A program made the translations under genes and the position numbers. 64,000 nt of DNA from Piromyces finnis finn (Eukaryota > Fungi > Neocallimastigomycota). Shown in pieces: positions 57,284 to 64,000 of the stretch (positions are counted from its first letter, which is position 1; each line of letters starts with the position of its first letter). Location of the stretch: positions 1-64,000 of the forward strand of contig MCFH01000021.1 of NCBI GenBank assembly GCA_002104945.1, read 5' to 3'. The notes beneath the pieces were generated by a model. It searched no databases, was not told the origin of the DNA, and saw nothing but the letters and a program-made list of their open reading frames with translations.

Positions 57284-58840
57284 TTAATTATATGTTTCAA
57301 AAACGTCAATAAAGTTATTTAATGTTTCATTAAATGAGGAATAAAATTTACTATTAGTTTCAACTAAAATTTCCTTAATTTCCTTTAATTTATTTTCAAT
57401 AGCCATTTGAGCTTGGTAAAGACGTGCTTCTAATAAAATTTTGGATTTATTTAATTTATAAATATTACAAACAGCATTAAATTTCTTTTGAATGAAGTCT
57501 TTAAGACCTGGAATATTGTCTACCATATCATAATTAGTATTGCTATGAAATATTTCCATGGTGTGATTTGATGGATTTCCTACGAGATTAATTCGACCAG
57601 GATAAATACCATCTTTATTGATTTCAGTTTCATTTCTGACATATGGTTCTATAAGATTAGAAAGGTAATCAATACGTTTAAAAAGCTCATCAGGATTAAA
57701 TCCAGTAATTAGCATTTTTTCCAAAATACTAATAAATCTTTTCTTATTTTTATGATAAAGAATATCAATTATTGGAATTTTTCTTTCATCAGTGTACCAA
57801 TGATCAAAATCTAATTTTACATATTTATCAAATTCAACAACTGCTGTATAATTAAGAGAAATATAGCCACCTAAAACTGTTTTTAAGTTAACACCAAAGT
57901 TAGAATCATAATCATGATCAATAATCTCCCATATACCATTTGGACTTTGATAAAGATGGTAATTATGACCTATAATTAAATAATTGTCAAAAGATGAAAA
58001 AAGGTATTCAGCAATTATTGTACGAGTAAAGTTTTCAATATTAAAAATATCACTTAATTCTTCAATAGTTGTAACATTTTGTAAATCATTTGCCATATTA
58101 TAAAGTGGTTCAGTATAATTAAGATATTCATCTTTTTCATTAAAGCATTTTTTAATATTTATAGGATCTAAATTTGAGTTAAAACTTTGACAATGATAAA
58201 GTGTTCTAACATCATCATCATCATTACCATTTTGATTTTGATTATCAAAATTTTGTTTAATCCATGAAGGTTTAATACTATCCATAAGGAAATAAAGACC
58301 ATAATAATTATTATTAATATAAAGTTCAGTATAAGTTTCTTGAACTGAATGAATATTCCAACGGTTCATAAGATCAGCAGAAATTTTAGAACGAATATGA
58401 GTATAATCAGAAGCATCTGGTCTAAGACGAAGGTCTTTTCTATTATAAAATAGTTTATCTTTTTTTAATTTTAAATTAAAACCAATTCTATCTTGAACTC
58501 TTCCATAACGGCCCCCAGTTTTAAAATTAATTTTTTCATATTTTTCTTCAGATCCATCAATAATTGTAGTCATATTAACTTTTTCTTCAAAATTCTCAAG
58601 CTTATCATAATCCATATTGTATTTATAATATAAATCATATGAAGAAACTTGAGCAATTTCAATTAATTTTTTATAATTTTTTTCTGTCATATCAATTTTT
58701 ATGGTAATAACCTTTCCTTCTAATGGGTTAAAAGTTCTGTTAGAATTTTTAACATAATCCTTTGCATTCAAAAAATCACAGTTGGCTTTTACCCAACTTA
58801 AAAGACAATAAAATATACATATAAGTGTTAAATATGACAT
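57284..58840 (-). CDS. cotH: Secreted CotH-family protein kinase
   Basis: Hydrophobic N-terminus; FKTGGRYGR..GFNLKL, LRLRPDASD..IRSK, ELYINNNYYGLY, FDNY..GHNYHLY, IIDHDYD motifs; intronless. Confidence 0.9.
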   Translation of the reverse strand: MSYLTLICIFYCLLSWVKANCDFLNAKDYVKNSNRTFNPLEGKVITIKIDMTEKNYKKLIEIAQVSSYDLYYKYNMDYDKLENFEEKVNMTTIIDGSEEKYEKINFKTGGRYGRVQDRIGFNLKLKKDKLFYNRKDLRLRPDASDYTHIRSKISADLMNRWNIHSVQETYTELYINNNYYGLYFLMDSIKPSWIKQNFDNQNQNGNDDDDVRTLYHCQSFNSNLDPINIKKCFNEKDEYLNYTEPLYNMANDLQNVTTIEELSDIFNIENFTRTIIAEYLFSSFDNYLIIGHNYHLYQSPNGIWEIIDHDYDSNFGVNLKTVLGGYISLNYTAVVEFDKYVKLDFDHWYTDERKIPIIDILYHKNKKRFISILEKMLITGFNPDELFKRIDYLSNLIEPYVRNETEINKDGIYPGRINLVGNPSNHTMEIFHSNTNYDMVDNIPGLKDFIQKKFNAVCNIYKLNKSKILLEARLYQAQMAIENKLKEIKEILVETNSKFYSSFNETLNNFIDVFETYN

Positions 58841-58990
58841 TTATTAAATTAATATATTAAATAACTCTTCAACAGTATGATAGTAGTATATATTTATTCT
58901 TTAAAAAAAATTTTTTATTTAATAAACTTTGGTTAAAAAAACTTAAATAATAAAAAAAATTTCAAAGTCTTAATAATAAAAGCTATTGAT

Positions 58991-58992
58991 TA

Positions 58993-59061
<69 letters not shown>
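58991..59061. repeat. (TAT)n microsatellite
   Basis: More than 20 consecutive TAT units; boundaries approximate. Confidence 0.9.
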
Positions 59062-62000
59062 CTAAATTATATATAATAATTATAACAATATTTAAAGAAA
59101 ATGAAAATAATATACATTAATATTACTATTAATAAAAAAAAAAGTTTTTTTATTTGAAGACTTTAATTCCTTATATATAATTTTTTTCTTTAAATACTTT
59201 ATTTTTTTTATTTTTTTTAATAAAAATTAAAATGATTTTATTGGAACAAAAATAACTATTTTTAAAGGATAATAATACTATCAATAAAATAAATGTATCA
59301 CAATTATTAATAATTTAATGATAATGAATATTATAATTAGTTTAATATTAATAATAAATATTATTTTTATAATAATATTCATATTAATAATTATTACTAT
59401 TTATTACTATTATTTACAAATTATTATTATTATTATTTTTTTTTTGTATATTTATATTAATAATAAAATGCTTTGTTTTGTATTTTTTTGTATTTTAGAT
59501 AATTTGTATTAAATATTATAAATACAAATTATATAAATTTAGGTTTAATATATTTCTTTAATTAAAATATTTTATAATCAAATCTGATTTTCTTTGATAA
59601 AAAAGTTTTTAAAAAGAAGCTTAAAAATTTTTTATATAAAAATAGGAATTAAATCCATAATTTATTTACTATTTATAAAAGCAAAATACAAAAAATTAAT
59701 TTCTTTTTATTTATTTTGCTAGTTAAAAAAAAGGATTTTATTATACAGCAACAAGTAAGAATATATATCTAACATTAATCACAAAGAAAGCTTTTTTTTA
59801 CATATATAAACTTTTACAATTAAAATTATCTTTTTCGATGTTCAAAATTTCAAAAAGTAAAAATCGAATATAAAAATTATTTTTATTTATTAATTTTTAA
59901 TATTTTCCGCATTTTATTGGATGATTACTTTTGCTCCAAAAAAAATAAACCTAAAAATATTTATTCATAATGATATATCATAATAATCTTAAATGTATTC
60001 AACGCCTTTACATTCAATTCAATATATTACATATATTAATAATAAATAAATATTTGTAGAAATATTGAATTAAAATTTCAAATAAAATTATATTTACCAT
60101 TTATAGAAAGTTGCAAATGGCATTTCTCACTTTTTTCATATATTGATGACTAAATTTTTATATTTCTGTAGATAATTTAAAAGCCTTTATCATTCTAATA
60201 TGTAACTGCAATTATTTAATATATTATAATTATTGAAATGTCATTATTGTTAAATTTATTTATAATATACTAATAATATAAATTTGGATATTTATTAATG
60301 TTGCACATAGTTATACAGGAATTGGACTTTATATTATAATATATAATAATTATATTGATCTATTAATTTTAATAATATATAATAATATAAATACATATAT
60401 CATGTATTATTTTAATAAATTTTAATTTAAAAATTACCTAAAATAGAATTAATTAAATTATTATAAATTTTATTTATTATGTATATATTTTTTTTCAATT
60501 CATAAAAAGAAAAGATTTCTTTATATTTAATATATTTAAATTAAAAAAAAATAAATACTACATAATCTAATACATAAATTAATCAAATGTATGCAATAAT
60601 AAAAATGTATCAAACTACAAATTAAAAAAAAAATTAAATTTCTCATTAATATAAATAATACAGATTATATTTTAAACATATATAAATCTGAAATTGAATC
60701 TTGCTTTAACATATTTTTTATTTATCGTTTGTATACATTTTGATAAAAATTTTACTATAAAAATTTATTTTTGTCTTTTAATTATTAATATAAGTGTTAT
60801 TATAAATACTACTAACATATTAAAATAATTTTAATTATGAAAGTAATGCCTTATAAATATTATAAACTATATTAAAAAGTTTAGCCATTTTAACTATAAT
60901 TATATAAATATGTAAATTTCTCATAATATTCTATTTATATACCAATACCAATATAAAAAAAAAATAAGCTTTTATTCAATAAAAATCTGTTGTGAAAATA
61001 ATAAATTGTAGGTTTTCATTTAATTAAAAATTAGAAGAAATTTTACTTAAATCTTGTTTCTGTTTGTAACTATATAGCAATTAAAGACAATAGCATAATG
61101 TTATTATAATAAAATTCCATTGCTCAATACACATAAGTAATAAATAATAATTATTTATAATTAAGTTTTAGTTATAACTATAATTTTCAAAATTTATTTG
61201 AATTAAACCTTTTTTTTTATTGATTACTCTAATAATAAAAAATTAATGTTATTAATTTGATTTTTCATTATTTTTAAATAATATATCCTAACCAAACAAT
61301 ATCAATAATAAATTAATTTTATATATTTAACAATCAAAGGGTTAAATTTTCAAAAAATTTTATTATTATTTTTATTATTAGGTTGTTCATTTAGGTTTTT
61401 ATAATCAACTTTGTAAATATAATTTATGATAAAGAACTAATATTGTTACATTCTATTCAAGCCTAATAAATTGTAGTCTTTTCGTAATCGTGTTATAATA
61501 GCCGAAATATTTCATAAGAAAAAAGCCACCACGTAGGGTGGTAAACTGTTCTTTTTTCTCATTTCATATTTCTTAATGGTATATAATTTTTAAAATTTCA
61601 CACCCCAAGCCCTAAAAAGTTAAAAAGATCGAAATTCAAACTACATGTATTTATACATTTACATTATGGCTTAAACATCTAATCAAATATAATACATACA
61701 GATCCGTTTCAATACATTTCAATACATGTGTCATAACGTTTCACATATTAACAATTATTATTATATTTTTTAGTAATGATGTTTATATTTAAATCAATAA
61801 ACTTTTCCTTCAATATTTAACCAAAAATAAAAATAAAAATATATTATTAAATATTTAAATTTTTATAATATTAATAAAGGCGAAAAAACTATGTTAATAA
61901 TGTATAATAGTAAATTATATGAATAAAATTTTAAAGGATAAAATTACTTTAAATTATTTAAAAAATATCTTTTATTTTTTATTTATTTATTTTTTTGTAG

Positions 62001-62409
62001 TTACTTTTTTAAAATAAAATAAAATGAAAAAAAAAAAACTTTTTTGTTTAAATTAAATTTTATAAGGCTTATATTATTTTACATTTTTGAATAAAATTTA
62101 TTGACCTTTTTTTTTTTTTGTTAATTAATGTGTTATATGCATATGTAGATATGAATTAAGATTAAATACTTTTTTTTTTTTTTTTAATCTTTCTATTATA
62201 TAAATTATTATTAAATAAATAGCTATTAGAAATAATAAATTAAAATATATATTATAAATTTTTAAAAGAATAAAATAATAATTCTTTTAATTTAAATGAT
62301 AATTAAAATAGTGGATTATTTAATGGTGAATTAAATTATATAAAAAGAAATGAATATTGAAAAAAAAAGTAATCACTAGTATTAGATATTTTCCTTTAAT
62401 TCTTTCGTC

Positions 62410-62440
<31 letters not shown>

Positions 62441-62596
62441 ACATTATATGAATTATTTTAATTTTTTTCCTTGTTTTAAACTAATTTATACAATATCAAT
62501 ACGATATGTGAATTTCTTTTTGTAATTAATGATTTTTAATGTAATAATTAAATGAAAATGTAATTTTAATGCTATTTTTTTTTTTTAAATATTTCA

Positions 62597-64000
62597 TTAA
62601 ATTAATGAATTAATGATAGATTGTCCTATTTGAGGCTGTTGCTGTGGAGGAGATTGTGCATTTTTAAGTTCTGAATTACTTACACTGCTACTACGATGTC
62701 TATTACCATTAACAATAGCAATCTGACTCTTTAAACGTTTTTGAGCAACACTATCTGCAAAACGAACTTGTAATGGATGATCAGAATTTGGCAACATTGT
62801 ATTATTATAAGTATCAATGACACTTTGTGCAGCAGCTCTAGTACTGAATCTTGCAAAACCAACACCACGACTAACACCATCTTCGTTTCTTAAAATACGA
62901 TGAGAGAGAACTTTATGTGGTTTAAAAAGATTCAAAAGTTGTTTTTCATCCACATCAATTGGTAGATTAGAAATATAGATATTCATTGAAGTACTATCTT
63001 CTAAGTTCTTTAAACGACTACTATAGGATTCTTGAGATGATGGTGTACCAGAGCGAGCAAACGAGACATAATATTTTAATTTATTTAATGCATCAATAGC
63101 TTTTCTTGCTTGTTCTTCAGTTTCATACATAACAAATCCAAAACCTTTGCATTCATTAGTGCGAATATCTACCATAGCCTTTGCCGAAACGATTGTACCA
63201 TATTGTTTACACATTTGGTATAATGAATCATCTGTAGTAGTAGATGATAAATTACGAATATAGATATTTGTAGAAGGTTGAATTGGTCCATTATTAGAAG
63301 TTGCTGATGGAGTAGGTGATGATAGACTTGGCATACAAGAGTTTGAACGAGATATATTATTCATAATATTATCTTTTGGTAAATCATCTGTTATATTTTT
63401 ATTTATAATCATACTGTTATTTGTACTTAGAATATCATCTTTTTTCATAGTATAAACATCTAAAACGTCGTCTCTTTTTGAAGAAAGACTACGATTAATA
63501 CCACTCATACTACTTATGTTTGAAGTTTGACTGTTAGACTTATTAATAAATGAATTTTGAAGTTTAAATGTATTATGAATTTGATAGAGTAAAGATTTAG
63601 CACTTAACCACCAATTTGAAGCATTAGAAAGTGTAATCGGTTTACCCATTTGAATTTCATTCCGCATATCACTACATATTCCAATATGTAAATTAAATGT
63701 ATAAAGAATATATTCTAAATTTCCTGTTTCAGAATAATTAATACTATCATCTCCAAAATCTTGGAAAACAAAAATTGTTTGTAATCTAGATTTCATCTTT
63801 TTTATTATTGAATCTGTATGGTAATACCATCCTTTTAAATATAGCTGTTGATTAGCTAAAATTATTAAATCATCAGTTAATTCACTTTTAACATTATTTT
63901 GGGTGATAAAACTATTTATTTCATTAAATTTTTGTTTAGAAGTGTAAATTAAAAGATCTAAATCATTTTTTAAATAATATAATTCATTTCCTAAATTGTT
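62597..64000 (-). CDS. Two-RRM RNA-binding protein (RBMS/MSSP/Shep/Spo5-like), 5'-truncated by the window
   Basis: NIYIRNL..KGFGFVMY and NIYISNL..RGVGFARF..LQVRFAD; the frame stays open from 63796 to the window end; the 3' end may be spliced. Confidence 0.8.
   Translation of the reverse strand, partial: NNLGNELYYLKNDLDLLIYTSKQKFNEINSFITQNNVKSELTDDLIILANQQLYLKGWYYHTDSIIKKMKSRLQTIFVFQDFGDDSINYSETGNLEYILYTFNLHIGICSDMRNEIQMGKPITLSNASNWWLSAKSLLYQIHNTFKLQNSFINKSNSQTSNISSMSGINRSLSSKRDDVLDVYTMKKDDILSTNNSMIINKNITDDLPKDNIMNNISRSNSCMPSLSSPTPSATSNNGPIQPSTNIYIRNLSSTTTDDSLYQMCKQYGTIVSAKAMVDIRTNECKGFGFVMYETEEQARKAIDALNKLKYYVSFARSGTPSSQESYSSRLKNLEDSTSMNIYISNLPIDVDEKQLLNLFKPHKVLSHRILRNEDGVSRGVGFARFSTRAAAQSVIDTYNNTMLPNSDHPLQVRFADSVAQKRLKSQIAIVNGNRHRSSSVSNSELKNAQSPPQQQPQIGQSIINSLI

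Noticed and set aside
61520-61560. GC-rich hairpin CCACC/GGTGG in the intergenic region
   Set aside because: A single short stem with no second copy or recognisable RNA family; too little evidence

Overview
Extremely AT-rich eukaryotic DNA, probably an anaerobic gut fungus (Neocallimastigomycota; inferred from the intronless secreted CotH kinase and the base composition). Bases 1-56,921 are almost entirely nested LTR retrotransposons; I use working names A-N for the LTR families. The insertions fall into two regimes. (1) Ty3-like, tRNA-primed elements without a chromodomain, mostly with 4-bp TSDs (A, C, D, G, H, I, J, K), stack on the same few bases. Six insertions sit 12-16 bp upstream of a tRNA-Ser(UGA) gene at 50805-50886. 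Four more form a second stack whose target is missing. Two sit 11-14 bp upstream of a tRNA-Gln-derived A-box/B-box pseudo-tRNA carried inside the LTR of chromovirus family N. (2) Elements with 5-bp TSDs (self-priming chromovirus M, solo LTRs N2 and F, and a Copia) sit at scattered sites, mostly inside other elements; family N has no matching TSD here. The leading candidate for a new system is the LTR-borne pseudo-tRNA, which appears to act as a Pol III landing pad or decoy for rival tRNA-targeting elements. Other signals are a Copia with an apparent half-tRNA-Lys primer site and TG..AA ends, a conserved -1 frameshift pseudoknot, and a conserved pre-PPT hairpin. The right end holds two host genes: a CotH kinase and a two-RRM RNA-binding protein truncated by the window. 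All comparisons were made by eye, with no alignments or database searches.
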